Origin: Nannocystis pusilla
Lineage (GTDB): Bacteria > Myxococcota_A > Polyangia > Nannocystales > Nannocystaceae
Strand: one strand, 5' to 3'
NCBI RefSeq assembly: GCF_051105105.1
Contig: NZ_CP185339.1
Length of the DNA stretch: 64,000 bases
Positions within the stretch are counted from its first letter, which is position 1. Each line of letters begins with the position of its first letter. The position numbers were made by a program, and so were the translations under genes. Shown piece after piece: positions 1 to 10,347 of the stretch. A model generated the notes under the pieces. That model did not search any database, was not told the origin of the DNA, and worked only from the letters and a program-made list of their open reading frames with translations.

Positions 1-157
1 ACGGGATCCCCGCATTGCGCATAGCGCCCGCCATCGTCGCCAGCGCGCTGGCGAATGCGACGAGACGGGCGCTCCGGAGTGCGCGCGGACGATCGACGAA
101 TCCACCGCATCTTTGCCCTAGCAACATCGCCGATCGAGCCGGGTTATACGCCGCGTC

Positions 158-2000
158 ATGAACTGGACTCTTCTTCTGTTCCTCTCTCCTGTCGTGCTCG
201 CCGCCTGTCCTGGGGAGCCGGGGGCGTCGACCGACACCGATCCGGCCGATACCAGCGGCCAGACGACCACGACTGTCGCCACCGATCCATCGACCACGCT
301 TACGACCGGTCCGGCCACCGAGACCGGTCCCGATCCCACCACCACGACGACGGGCGAAAACACCACTGCGGTCGATCCCACGACCGGCGATCCCACCACG
401 ACCCTCGACACCACCACCTTCGATACCACGGTCGATCCCACGACCCTCGACACCACCACCCTCGACACCACGACCCTCGGCACCACCACCGAGACCACCG
501 ACACCGGCGTCGTCGGCGAATGTGTCCCCGGGGACATCCAGAAGCTGTTACAGCGGCCCGGACGACAGCCTCAACGTCGGCGCGTGCGTCGCGGGGCAGC
601 AGGAGTGCGGCCGGGACGAGACCTGGGGCCCGTGCGTCGGCGAGGTCGTGCCTGCGCCCGACACCTGCGACGAGCCGGGCGACGAGAGCTGCGACGGCGT
701 CGACCCGTGCCAGGGCGACGGCGAGTTCGCCTGGGGGCTCACCTTCGGCGAGGCCGGCTACGACGAGGGCGAGCGGGTCGCCTTCGACGGCGCCGGCAAC
801 CTCGTCGTCGCCGCGTGGGGCAACGGCGACATCGACTTCGGCGACGGCCTGCTCGTCCACGCCGGCCATGACATTTTCCTCGCCAAGTTCGCGCCCGACG
901 GCGCCATTCTGTGGAGCAAGCGCTTCGGCGACGGCGAATACCAGGGCGGGCCGGAATACGGCCTCGCCATCGCCGAAAACGACGATATCGTGCTCAGCGG
1001 GATCTTTCACGGCGACCTCGACTTCGGCGGCGGTCCGCTCGCAAACCCGACCCTTCAGACCGGCCTCTTCCTCGCCCGCCTCGACGGCGACGGCCAGCAG
1101 GTGTGGAGCAAGTCGTTCATCAGCGAAGAGGACGTGGCGCCCCTCGATCTCGCGCTCGACGCCGACGGCAACATCCTGCTCACCGGCGCCTTTTACGGCG
1201 CGCTCCCCCTCGGCGGCGCCCCCCTCGTCAGCGCCGGCGGCAACGACGTGTTCGTCGCCAAGTTCACCGGCGCCGGCGTCCACCTGTGGAGCCGCGGCTT
1301 CGGCGATCCCCTCTGGCAGGTCGGCATGGGCATCGCGCCCGACTCTGCGGGCAACGTCTTCGTCACCGGCGGCCTGCGCGGCAGCTTCGACCCCGGCACC
1401 GGCCCGCTCACCAGCGCCGGCTCCGAGGACATCTTCCTCCTCAAGTTCGACCCGGCCGGCACCACCTTGTGGGGCAAGCGCTGGGGCGACGCCGGCAGCC
1501 AGGACGTCGGCGGCCTCGCGGTCGACAGCAAGGGCCGCGTCACCCTCGCCGGCGGCACCAGCGGCGTCCTCGACTTCGGCGGCGGTCCGCTCGCGGGCGA
1601 CATCGTCGTCAGCTACCTCGCCCAGCTCGACGGCAATGGCGACCACCTGTGGAGCCGCGAGCTGTGCGAGGGCGGATCGATCGCCGAGCGGGTCGCCGTC
1701 GACGGCCTCGACAACGTCGTCACCGTCGGCATCTTCCACAACACCTGCGACCTCGGCAGCGGCCCGCTGACCGCGATCCAGTACCGCGACGTGTTCGTCG
1801 CCAAGTTCAGCCCCGGCGGCTCGCCCGGGTGGAGCAAGCGCCTCGGCGGCCCGCAGGAGCAGCACGGGGCCCACGTCGCCGCGTCCGCCGCCGGGTCCGT
1901 GGCCGCCGTCGGCAATTTTTACGATGCCATCGACCTCGGCGAGGGCCTCAAGACCAGCCAGGGCGCCCGCGACGGCTTCGTCGTCGTCCTCGATCCGTGA
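158..2000 (+). CDS. secreted lipoprotein with SBBP-type beta-propeller repeats (1-nt frameshift near 500-540)
   Basis: Signal peptide and lipobox (MNWTLLLFLSPVVLAAC) followed by a Thr/Pro-rich linker in frame 2. A Cys-rich segment and about 8 repeats of the DVFVAKF / GNVFVTGG / LWSKRFG pattern follow in frame 0 (track ORF 522..2000). The two parts join only if one indel is corrected. Confidence 0.6.
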
Positions 2001-2031
2001 CCGCGAGAACATGCCCCTCGTGACATGCCCC

Positions 2032-2285
2032 TTCAGCCATCGGCGGTGGATCGCCCGCCCTTCGGCTGCCCGAACGAGCAGGTCCCGAAGGCCATGCGCG
2101 CCAGCTCGCGCCCGTAGTCAGCGGCGGTGCCTCGCCCGCCCTTCGGCCGCCCGAACGAGCTTGTCCCGCAGGCCATGCGGCGCCAGCTCGCGCCCGTGGT
2201 CACCGGCGGCGGCTCGCTCGCACTTGGGTTGCCCGAACGAGCATGTCTCTCAGGACATGCCCCGAGCGCCAGCCCGGCGCCGTCC
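2032..2285. repeat. about 83-bp tandem repeat x3 (plus partial 4th) in convergent intergenic region, each unit carrying a GTCCCG.AGGCCATG / GGACATGCCCC REP-like core
   Basis: Units start near 2032, 2115 and 2198. Each begins with a copy of the last ~20 nt of the amidohydrolase gene (ccggcggtggatcg.cccgccc), so the array arose by duplication of the gene 3' end plus terminator region. Confidence 0.7.
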
Positions 2286-3587
2286 TCACCGGCGGTGGAT
2301 CGTCCCGCCCTTCATGACGAAGCGGACCTGCCGCAGCGCGGCGATCGAGCGCGTCGGGTCGCCCTCGACGGCGACCAGGTCGGCGAGCAGCCCGACCTTG
2401 ACCTGGCCGATGCTGTCGGCCATGTGCAGCATCTTTGCGTTCACCGCCGTCGCCGCGCGCAGCGCCTGGACCGGCTTCATCCCGTAGTCGACCATCAGCT
2501 CGAGCTCGCGGACGTTGTCGCCATGGGAAAACACCCCGACGTCGCTGCCGTTGCAGATCGGCACACCTGCCTTGAGGGCCGCGCGGAAGCTCGCCCGCTT
2601 GTCGCGGATCGCCTGCGGCTCCGGGGCCACCCCCTTCTTCCACCCCGAGTACTGCAGGATCGCGTCGGTCGCCGCCAGGGTCGGGCAGTAGTACACCCCG
2701 CGCTTGGCCATCAATTTAAAAACTTCGGGCGTCCCGCCGTCGCCGTGCTCGATCGTCTCGGCCCCGGCCAGCACCGCGCGGCGCATCCCCTCGGGCGTGC
2801 TCGCGTGGACCACCACCGGCCGCTGACCGTCGCGCGCGGTCGCCACGATCCGCTCCATCTCCGCCTGCGAGAACGTCGGCAGCGCCTGGCCTTTCGGGCC
2901 CCACGAGTAATCGCCGTACACCTTGATCCAGTCGGCCCCGCGGGCGATCTGGCCGCGCACCACCCGGACCAGGTCCTCGCCGTCGGCCTCCTCCGCGCCC
3001 TGCGGCACGTGCCACTCCGGCGCGAAGCCCTTCGGCGCGTACGTCCCGGTGGCGACGATCGCCCGCGTCGTCGTCAGCACCCGCGGGCCCGGGATGATGC
3101 CCTGCTGGATCGCCTGCCTGAGGCCGACATCGGCCTCGGCCGCGCCCTCCGTCCCGAGGTCGCGCACCGTCGTGAACCCGGCCAGCAGCGTCTCGCGGGC
3201 GTGGTTCGTCGCCCGGGCCACGCGCACGGTCAGCGGCTCGCGCAGCACCTGATCGTTCCACGTCGTCTCGTTGTAGGGGTGGAGCAGCATGTGCGAGTGC
3301 CCCTCGATGAGCCCCGGCAGCAGCGTCGTGTTCGGCAGCTCGATCACCTCGGCGTCGGCCGGCGCGCCGACCTGCGCCGCCGGCCCGACCGCCGCGATCC
3401 GCTCGCCGCGGACCAGCACCACCCAGCCCTCGCGCGGCTGCTCGCTCGCGCCCTCGAACACCCGCGCCGGGCGCAGCAGGTACGCCTTGCCGGGCGCCGG
3501 CGGCGGAGCGGCCGCCGCGACGCCGGGCTGTCCCCAGAGACATGTGACTGCGAGCGCGAGGGCGACGAGGGCGGCGAGGCGGCGCAT
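2286..3587 (-). CDS. amidohydrolase family metal-dependent hydrolase (secreted)
   Basis: 433-aa ORF with N-terminal signal peptide and the GLIEGHSHM metal-binding motif typical of the amidohydrolase-1 / imidazolonepropionase-like superfamily. Protein-like composition throughout. Confidence 0.8.
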   Translation of the reverse strand: MRRLAALVALALAVTCLWGQPGVAAAAPPPAPGKAYLLRPARVFEGASEQPREGWVVLVRGERIAAVGPAAQVGAPADAEVIELPNTTLLPGLIEGHSHMLLHPYNETTWNDQVLREPLTVRVARATNHARETLLAGFTTVRDLGTEGAAEADVGLRQAIQQGIIPGPRVLTTTRAIVATGTYAPKGFAPEWHVPQGAEEADGEDLVRVVRGQIARGADWIKVYGDYSWGPKGQALPTFSQAEMERIVATARDGQRPVVVHASTPEGMRRAVLAGAETIEHGDGGTPEVFKLMAKRGVYYCPTLAATDAILQYSGWKKGVAPEPQAIRDKRASFRAALKAGVPICNGSDVGVFSHGDNVRELELMVDYGMKPVQALRAATAVNAKMLHMADSIGQVKVGLLADLVAVEGDPTRSIAALRQVRFVMKGGTIHRR

Positions 3588-3651
3588 GACGGCCCGCGAT
3601 CGTAGAACGATCGCCGCCCCCCGTCCATGTCCCGAGGGACAGCTCAGCCCC

Positions 3652-4173
3652 TCACTCGACCTCGAAGAGCTCGTCGTTCCACACCAGCTCTCCCTTGTCC
3701 GCGTCGACGGTGCCGTGGAACGACTCGCCCTCGGCCTCGGCGGCGATCACCCCGGCCTCGCAGGTGTACGCCCCGCCGATCCCGTAGTCGCCGCTCTGGT
3801 ACGTGAACTCGTCCGCGCTCGGGAACCGGACGCGGTCGGGGCAGGTCTCGACCGGCACGTCGTCGGGCTGCGGCCCGCACGGGAACTGCTTCTTCGACAC
3901 GAACTCCTTGCCGATCACGAACGCGCAGGCCTCGTCGAGCGGCGCCGTCGTGCTGCTGCTCGCCGTCCCGGTCGTGTCGTCCGGCTCGCCGGTGGAGGTG
4001 GGCTCCGTCGCGCTCGTCGACGACGTCGTCGTCGAGTCGTCGCCGGAGCTCGTGCTGTCCGGCGCGGTGGTGCTCGAGGTGTCCGCGGTCTCGCTCTCGG
4101 TGCCCGGGTCGCTGCCCTTGTCGGTACACCCCGGCAGCGCCAGAAGAAGGGTCAAACAAGCCAAATACTTCAT
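3652..4173 (-). CDS. small secreted lipoprotein, hypothetical
   Basis: Internal ATG at 4173 gives [16 protein letters not shown] (signal peptide and lipobox), then a Ser/Thr/Asp-rich linker and a folded C-terminal part. The upstream part of track ORF 3652..4320 is Arg-rich junk. Confidence 0.6.
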   Translation of the reverse strand: MKYLACLTLLLALPGCTDKGSDPGTESETADTSSTTAPDSTSSGDDSTTTSSTSATEPTSTGEPDDTTGTASSSTTAPLDEACAFVIGKEFVSKKQFPCGPQPDDVPVETCPDRVRFPSADEFTYQSGDYGIGGAYTCEAGVIAAEAEGESFHGTVDADKGELVWNDELFEVE

Positions 4174-4352
4174 GCGCGCCAGGATAGCGCGAAGGACCCC
4201 GCCGCGCACACGCCCTCGCGATCCTCGTCGCCAGACCCTCGCCCCCCGCACCCGGGACGGCGCTCCGCTCGGGCCCGCGTCGGGCGAGCCCGCGCGGCCG
4301 CGGCTCCCCGCCCCTCGCATGTCATGAATGCTGCCGAACGAGGCGCCGGTGA

Positions 4353-5656
4353 TTGACCGGCGCGGTCGTCTGGGCCGACGAGCGCGGCGAGGTCACGCGC
4401 AAGCTGCTGCTGCAGGTCCAGCAGGACTCGCACCTCGGCCTGCTGCACCGCGACGGCCGCGGCAACCTCCTCTCGCTGGCGCGCCGCGGCAAGCAGCTGT
4501 TCGTCGCCACGCTGGAGCCGACCGGCCTCCGCTTCGCCGGGCCGGCCGCCGAGGTCGACGAATTTCAGCTCGGCCGCCGCCACGGACGGCCTGGTCGCCC
4601 GCGTGAACGACAACCAGGTGATGTACCTCGGCCAGGACGCCGCGGTGCGCTTCACCCAGGAGCTGCCGAAGGGCGCCGTTCGGGCCGCGCATGTGTCCCC
4701 GCCGTCGTACGAGCCGCGGGTCACCCGCGACGGCAGCGCGCTGATCCTCGGCCTCTCGGACCAGCGGGCCGCCGAGCTGCGCTCGACCACCGGCGCCGTG
4801 CTGGCGCGCGCCGACAATTTTTCGGGCTACTTCGCCGGCGCCCTCGCGCTCGGGCAGGACGCCGCGCTGGTGTGGTTCCGCGGCGACGCGTTCCGGATGA
4901 CCGCCGCCGGCAGCGAGCAACTGCCGCTGAAGCTCCTCGACGCCGCGCCGATCGAGCGCACCGGCGGCGCCTTCGCCCTGGTCCGCACCGAGGAGGACCT
5001 CGGCCGCCTGATCGAGCCTCGACGCCGAGGGCCGCGAGCTCGCCGAGCTCGCCACGCTCGCCGCCGACGACGTCGGCAGCACCAGCGCCCTGTTCGTCAG
5101 CCAGGACGGCTCGCTGTTCACGGCCGCGGTCTACGACTCCAAACACGGCGAGCACGTCCCGCGCTGCTGGCTGCGCGAGGGCGCGACCTTCCGCGCCTTC
5201 CCGGCCCCGTGGGGCAGCCACGACTGGCCCTGCATCTCGGCCGACGGCCGACGCGCCGCCTGGCAGTCGCGCGACGGCGACTGCTGGGTCCTCCACCACA
5301 CGCACGACGGCCGCGAGCTCGCCCGGATCTCGCTGAAGGACGCCTGGCTCGGCGAGTTCGACGGCGCCGGCCGCCTGGTGCTGAAGAGCCAGGACCGACT
5401 CCACTGGTTCGACGCCGACGGCGAGCCGCTCGCCGAGGTCGCCCTGCCCGGCAAAGAGCGGATCTCGCCGCCGGTCACGCGCCTGCTCGCCACCGGGGGC
5501 ATGCTCGACATGCTCGCAGTGACGCCGCTCGGTTCCTTCGCCCTCGGCGCCACGGGCGATCCGGCCCCGCTCGCCCACCCGGCCGCGCTGGCCGCCACCG
5601 ACTCGCGGGTGGCCATCGGCCGCGGCTGGCCGCTGGAGGTCACCGACCTCCGCTGA
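4353..5656 (+). pseudogene. hypothetical protein gene interrupted by two 1-nt frameshifts (about 4575 and 5028)
   Basis: Three consecutive protein-like segments sit in frames 0 (4353-4570), 1 (4575-5030) and 2 (5030-5656; ...LKSQDRLHWFDADGEPL...). Each ORF turns into Arg/Pro-rich junk right after the junction. No recognisable domain. Confidence 0.45.
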
Positions 5657-5692
5657 GCCGGCGCGCGGGGCATCCGGCCGCGCTGCTGGCGT

Positions 5693-5770
5693 CGTGAACA
5701 TGCCCTAAAAAACATGTTCCATGTGACATGTCCGCAAAGGCATGCCCTGATGAACATGCCCTCTCGAACA
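5693..5770. repeat. cluster of five REP-like palindromic cores (RNCATGYCC) between convergent genes
   Basis: gaacatgccc / aacatgttcc / tgacatgtcc / aggcatgccc / gaacatgccc lie within about 75 bp between the 3' ends of the 4353..5656 gene and the dienelactone hydrolase gene. Confidence 0.7.
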
Positions 5771-5771
5771 G

Positions 5772-6608
5772 TCACGCCGCCGGCAGCAGCTTGCGCCGCA
5801 GCAGGTCGAGCACCTGCTGCAGCGCCGCGTGCGTCGGCTCGCCTGGCGCGTCGACGAGTCCGCCGGTCAGCACCGAGTGGTGTTTTTTCAAGATCTCCTC
5901 CGGATGGCCGTCGCGCTGCTCGAGCTCGACCGCGACGAAGCCATCGCCGAGGCGCTCGCGCAGGAACGCGAACCGCTCCGGCGGCACCAGCGGGTCGCCG
6001 TGGAAGCGCAGGCCGAGCACCTGCAGGCCCTCGCGCACGCACCGACCGGCGACCGTGGCCAGCTCCTCGGGCCCGCAGTCGATGCTCCGCCGCTGGCGCG
6101 CGGTCAGCCCGAGCGGCAGCGACGGCTGCGACAGCACCGGCACCAGCACCCGCGGCTCGGTCGCCATCGCCAGCGCGAAGCCCCCCGTGAAGCACATCCC
6201 GACCGCGCCCACGCCCGGCCCGCCGCAGCGCGCGTGCTCGTGGACCGCGAGCGCGCGCAGCCAGTCGACCACCGGCGAGCTGCGCCCGGTCGCCAGCATC
6301 GTGAACTCGCGGCTGACGCACACCTCGGCCAGCACCTTGACCGCGCCGCGCAGCCTTGCGAGCGGCCGCGCCCTGGCGGCGTCGAAGCCCGGGGTCCCGA
6401 ACAGCTGCGGCAGCGCCACCGACAGGCCGAGCGCCACCAGCCGGTCGGCGAACCCGAGCACCTGCGGCGAGATGCCCGGCATCTCGGTGATCACGAGGAC
6501 CGCCGGCCCCGCGCCCTTGCGGTACACCGGGTGCGTCACCCCGGCGTGGGTGAACGCCTCGCAGGTGAAGGTGCTCAGGTCGCCCTCGGGAGCCTTCGGT
6601 TTGGCCAT
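5772..6608 (-). CDS. dienelactone hydrolase family protein
   Basis: Start MAKPKAPEGDLSTFTCEAFTHAGVTHPVYRKG at 6608. The Cys nucleophile motif (VGMCFTGGFA) and overall alpha/beta-hydrolase DLH layout are present. Confidence 0.75.
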   Translation of the reverse strand: MAKPKAPEGDLSTFTCEAFTHAGVTHPVYRKGAGPAVLVITEMPGISPQVLGFADRLVALGLSVALPQLFGTPGFDAARARPLARLRGAVKVLAEVCVSREFTMLATGRSSPVVDWLRALAVHEHARCGGPGVGAVGMCFTGGFALAMATEPRVLVPVLSQPSLPLGLTARQRRSIDCGPEELATVAGRCVREGLQVLGLRFHGDPLVPPERFAFLRERLGDGFVAVELEQRDGHPEEILKKHHSVLTGGLVDAPGEPTHAALQQVLDLLRRKLLPAA

Positions 6609-6921
6609 GTCGTCTCCTGCGCCGCATGATGCCCGCGCACGTCGGCCCTGCGCCAGCCGGGCCTGCGCGAGACGACCCGCGCCGCAGCGACATGTCCCTT
6701 CGGACATATCACCCGCCCGTCGCGCTCGCCCGCGACCGGACGGCGTACCGTCCGCCCCGGCTCAGCCTCTCGACGAGCCGAGCGCCCCCGGCGGCCGAGG
6801 AAATCCGTCGACCGGCGGACGCACCGACCGGGCGCGCCCGCGATGAGCCCCGCGCCCGCCGGGGTCGGGCGAACGGACGCGACACCGAAGGATCGGCGTC
6901 GCTCGAGCCCTCAACCGCGGC

Positions 6922-8436
6922 TCAGGGCGTGAAGCACCACAGCGTCGAGCGGTCGATGCCGGCCTTGTAGGCCACGTAGCCGGCCGTCTGCGGCGCCTCG
7001 CAGTGCGACGGCGCCGGCAGGAACGGCAGGCACGTCGAGACCAGCGGGCCATTGGCGCCGTCGTCGTCGTAGCAGTGGCCCGGCCGGCCGTCGCCGCCGC
7101 AGTAGAGCGCGGTCGGGTTGTCGACGCAGGGCTCGCCGATCGGCGCCGGGTCGACGCCGCTCATCTGCAGCAGCTCGTGCGGCAGGCACAGGTTGTAGCC
7201 GCCGCCGCAGTGGGTGCCCTCGGCGCAGCCGGGCGCGTCCGACAGCACGTCGCAGACCTTGCCGCACTCGTGCCCGTCGCCGAAGTCGACGCAGCGCAGG
7301 CCGAGCGCGCAGTCCGAGTCCCAGCCGTTCGGGTCGACCAGCGTGCAGCCCTCGCCCTCCGCCTTCTCGCCGCCGGTGACGCACACGCCGTCGGTGCCGA
7401 TCGCGTTGACCGGCATGCAGAACTGCTCCGCGGGGCAGGCGCCGTCCGTGTAGGGCGTGCAGCCGTTCGGCCGCTTCACGTCGTACTCCGCCTCCTGAAT
7501 CCAGTAGCACGTCCCGTCCACCACCGGCTCGAGCAGGTCGCCGTTCTTCACCATCTCGCGCAGCTCGACGTGGCGCACGCGGCCGTGCGTCTGGTGCGAC
7601 GACAGCATGTCGAAGACCTCGAGCTCGCCGGCCACCGCCACGAACGTCTTCTTGTAGGTCTGGCCCTCGAGGTCCTCCTGGTACGTGACCGTCGCGCTGC
7701 TGACGGTCACGTACTGGTTGACGAAGTTGGGGATCGCGTGGTTCGGGTCCGGGTCGAGCGGGTGGACGCCGACGGCGATGTCGCCGTCGAACATGATGCG
7801 CAGCAGGTCGAACAGCGCCTCGTCGGCGGTGATGCTGGTCTGCGTCGCCGGCGTGCGGATGAGCGGCACGGGCGCGGCGCTCTCGAGCTGGAACTCCTGC
7901 TGGCTGAGCAGCTCGATGCCGAGGATCGGCAGCTCCTCACAGTCATCGGGCTTGATCGGCCCGCCGGTGTCCGTCGTCTCGCCGGTCTCGGTCTCGCCGG
8001 TCTCGGTCTCGGTCCCGGTGGTCGTCGTCTCCTCGACCACGCCGGTGGTGGTCGTCGTCTCGCCGTCCGTCGTCGTCGTCGTCGTCGTCTCGCCGGTCGT
8101 CGTCGTCTCGACCGCCGTCGTCTCGCCGTCCGTCGTCGTCGTCGTCGTCTCGGACATCGTCGTCTCGGTCGTCGGCGCGATCGTGGTCTCCGGCTCGGTG
8201 GTCGTGGTGGTGGTCGTCGTCACGCCGCCGGTCTCGGTCGGGTCGACGTTCGACGTGGTCGGGCCGGCGGTGTCGGTGTCGGTGCCGGTCTCGCTGTCCG
8301 TCTCGGTCTCGGTCCCGGTCGCGGTCGTATCACCGGAGTCCGCGGGGCAACCCGCCGACAGCAGCGAGCCGCTCAATGTAAACAGGACGCCGGCCGAGAG
8401 GCGCGGCAGGGCGTATGCGGAGATGGATTTAATCAT
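6922..8436 (-). CDS. secreted lipoprotein with long Thr/Glu-rich linker and Cys-rich C-terminal domain, hypothetical
   Basis: MIKSISAYALPRLSAGVLFTLSGSLLSAGC signal peptide and lipobox, an about 140-aa TTTTETG low-complexity linker (codon repeats 8000-8300), then a 300-aa Cys-rich globular domain. Confidence 0.65.
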   Translation of the reverse strand: MIKSISAYALPRLSAGVLFTLSGSLLSAGCPADSGDTTATGTETETDSETGTDTDTAGPTTSNVDPTETGGVTTTTTTTTEPETTIAPTTETTMSETTTTTTDGETTAVETTTTGETTTTTTTDGETTTTTGVVEETTTTGTETETGETETGETTDTGGPIKPDDCEELPILGIELLSQQEFQLESAAPVPLIRTPATQTSITADEALFDLLRIMFDGDIAVGVHPLDPDPNHAIPNFVNQYVTVSSATVTYQEDLEGQTYKKTFVAVAGELEVFDMLSSHQTHGRVRHVELREMVKNGDLLEPVVDGTCYWIQEAEYDVKRPNGCTPYTDGACPAEQFCMPVNAIGTDGVCVTGGEKAEGEGCTLVDPNGWDSDCALGLRCVDFGDGHECGKVCDVLSDAPGCAEGTHCGGGYNLCLPHELLQMSGVDPAPIGEPCVDNPTALYCGGDGRPGHCYDDDGANGPLVSTCLPFLPAPSHCEAPQTAGYVAYKAGIDRSTLWCFTP

Positions 8437-8823
8437 GTGGGCGGTCCATATCCGTCAAGCGCCGCGAATTGGCAATGGCGGCCGCCGGGAATTTCGCCGG
8501 AGGGCGCGCGCGCGAATGCAAGCACCCGCGCTTTGGCCCGATCGCCGGGCGAATCGTCGCATTTGCGCGGGCCCGCCCTGCCCGCTCGCGCGCGCCGGGG
8601 CGGCGAATCGACAATGGGATCGGCGCCCGACCCTGCGAGCGACAGGGCGATACCCCGAGCACGAGCATGGGCGTGCGCCCTCGCCGTGCCGCCGCTGCGC
8701 CGGCGTTGCGGTCGACCCCGGCCATTGGCCGGAGTTCTCGCACGGGCCGGCGCCGACCTCATGCGTACCTGGGCGCAATGCGACGAGTGCCCGCGGGATC
8801 GCCCGCAGGGGCGACCGGCCCGC

Positions 8824-9931
8824 TCACATCCCGAGGGCCACCGCGCTGGCCTCGACCGTCGCCCGCGTGACCGCGGCCGCGAAGTCGAGGTCCAGGTTGG
8901 CGACCTCGTCGGGGCCGGCCATGCAATGATAATTGGCGTAGCGGAACTCGCTGGTGTCCGTCAGGAACACCGCCGGATAGCCCGCGTCCCAGAACGGCGC
9001 GTGATCGGAGCGCCGCAGGTCGGCGAACAGATCCGACGTCTCCTGACCCCCGGGCAGCTCGATCAGCGCCCGGCGCAGGCCGATGCGGTCGGCCGCCGCC
9101 GCGTAGGCGGCCGCGTGCGCGTTCGCCTTGGCGCTGCTCATGACGGCGATGAAGTCGCCGCGGAACTGGTTGGCCTCGAGCTCGGCGTAGGCCTCGGAGA
9201 ACACCAGCTCGAACCCGGCCGGCACCGTCTGGCTGTTCTCGGCGGCCGACGTGAAGGCGATCATGTCGAAGTTGAAGTCGACCACGATGTCGTCGCCGGC
9301 CGCCTTGGCCGCCGCCACGTACGCCTCGGAGCCGATGAGCCCGTCCTCCTCCTCGTCCCAGCAGGCCACGTGGACCGTGCGGTCGAAGTCCGCCTTGGCC
9401 AAAAGCCGCGCGATCTCGAGGGTCGCCGCCACCCCGCTGGCGTTGTCGTCGGCGCCGCGGCAATCGGAGATGTGATCGTAGTGCGCCGCGACCACCACGA
9501 TCTGCTCCGGCGTCGTCTTGCCGAGCCGCCGCCCGACCACGTTCACCCCGGTGCCGTAATCCATCAACACGACCTGGTAACCGAGCCTCGCTCAGGCGAT
9601 CGGCGCACAGGTCCTGCACCGCCTGCCAGTGCGGCGTCCCCGGCGTGCGCACGTCGGCGATGAATTGCAGGTCCTCGGCGTACGCCGCCGGGTCGATGCA
9701 ATCGGCCAGCGCTTGCGGCGACGCCGTGCACGGGTCAGGCTCGCCGGTGGTCGGCTCGGCCGTCGTGCTGCTGGTGGTCGGCGCGGCCGTCGTGCCGCCG
9801 CCGGTCGTCGTCGTCGTCGCCTCGCCCCCGGTCGTCGAGCCCGTCGGCGTCGTCGCGTTCCCGCCCGTCTGCCCACAACCGAGGCCACACACGAGCACGA
9901 GCCAGGAGATCCGCCGCAGGTCGTTCATCAT
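8824..9931 (-). CDS. M28 family metallopeptidase lipoprotein (1-nt frameshift near 9580)
   Basis: N-terminus MMNDLRRISWLVLVCGLGC plus Thr-rich linker plus M28 N-terminal region sits in one frame (part of track ORF 8759..10171). The catalytic core with HYDHISDCRGADDNASGVAATLE and SDHAPFW sits in ORF 8824..9570. They join with one indel. Confidence 0.7.
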
Positions 9932-10347
9932 CGCGGCGCGGATCCTACCACGCCCCCCGCAGCGCGAGCGCGTGACCTGACGCCGCGCGAACGCGCAGGT
10001 GCGGTGCAGTGCGGACGTCGCATCAAGGCGCTTCACGGAGCTCGTCCGCTGCCGCCTCGGCGACAAGTTCCGGTCCCCGTCCCGGTCCCCGCCCACTCCC
10101 CCTATTGGTTCGAGGGCCGCCGCTCGATCGCCGCGACCTCTACTTCCGCGTCGAGCACCGCCTGGCCCCATGGGTCGTCGACGACCTGCCGCCTGTCCTT
10201 GAATCCCGTCACCCGGCTCCTATCATTCGTCGCGCGGGTCGACTCGGGTCCACTTGCAAACTTGCAGCCGCATGCTCGCCCCGAAGCGGCCGCGACCGGC
10301 GGCCCCGGCCTTGCGCCCGCCCGCGGAGTTGGTCTAGTCCCTCTCGC

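Noticed and set aside
300-2012. 570-aa minus-strand ORF, plus 55..1770 and 911..2023 ORFs, overlapping the beta-propeller gene
   Set aside because: They are Arg/Ala/Gly-rich low-complexity translations with no motifs. They are typical antisense or alternate-frame shadow ORFs of a 70% GC coding region.
8440-8700. Four GCGAAT[CT]G...CAATGG-like direct repeats upstream of the 6922..8436 lipoprotein gene
   Set aside because: Short, imperfect and within a GC-rich background where such matches arise by chance. Not enough to call a regulatory site.
7003-9663. 886-aa plus-strand ORF and other long ORFs such as 20998..23088 -, 21132..23324 +, 44268..46952 +, 44782..46749 -, 49574..52507 5' part and 59920..62052 5' part
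   Set aside because: All overlap better-supported genes in another frame or strand. They consist of Arg/Pro/Ala runs without signal peptides, motifs or RBS. They are shadow ORFs.
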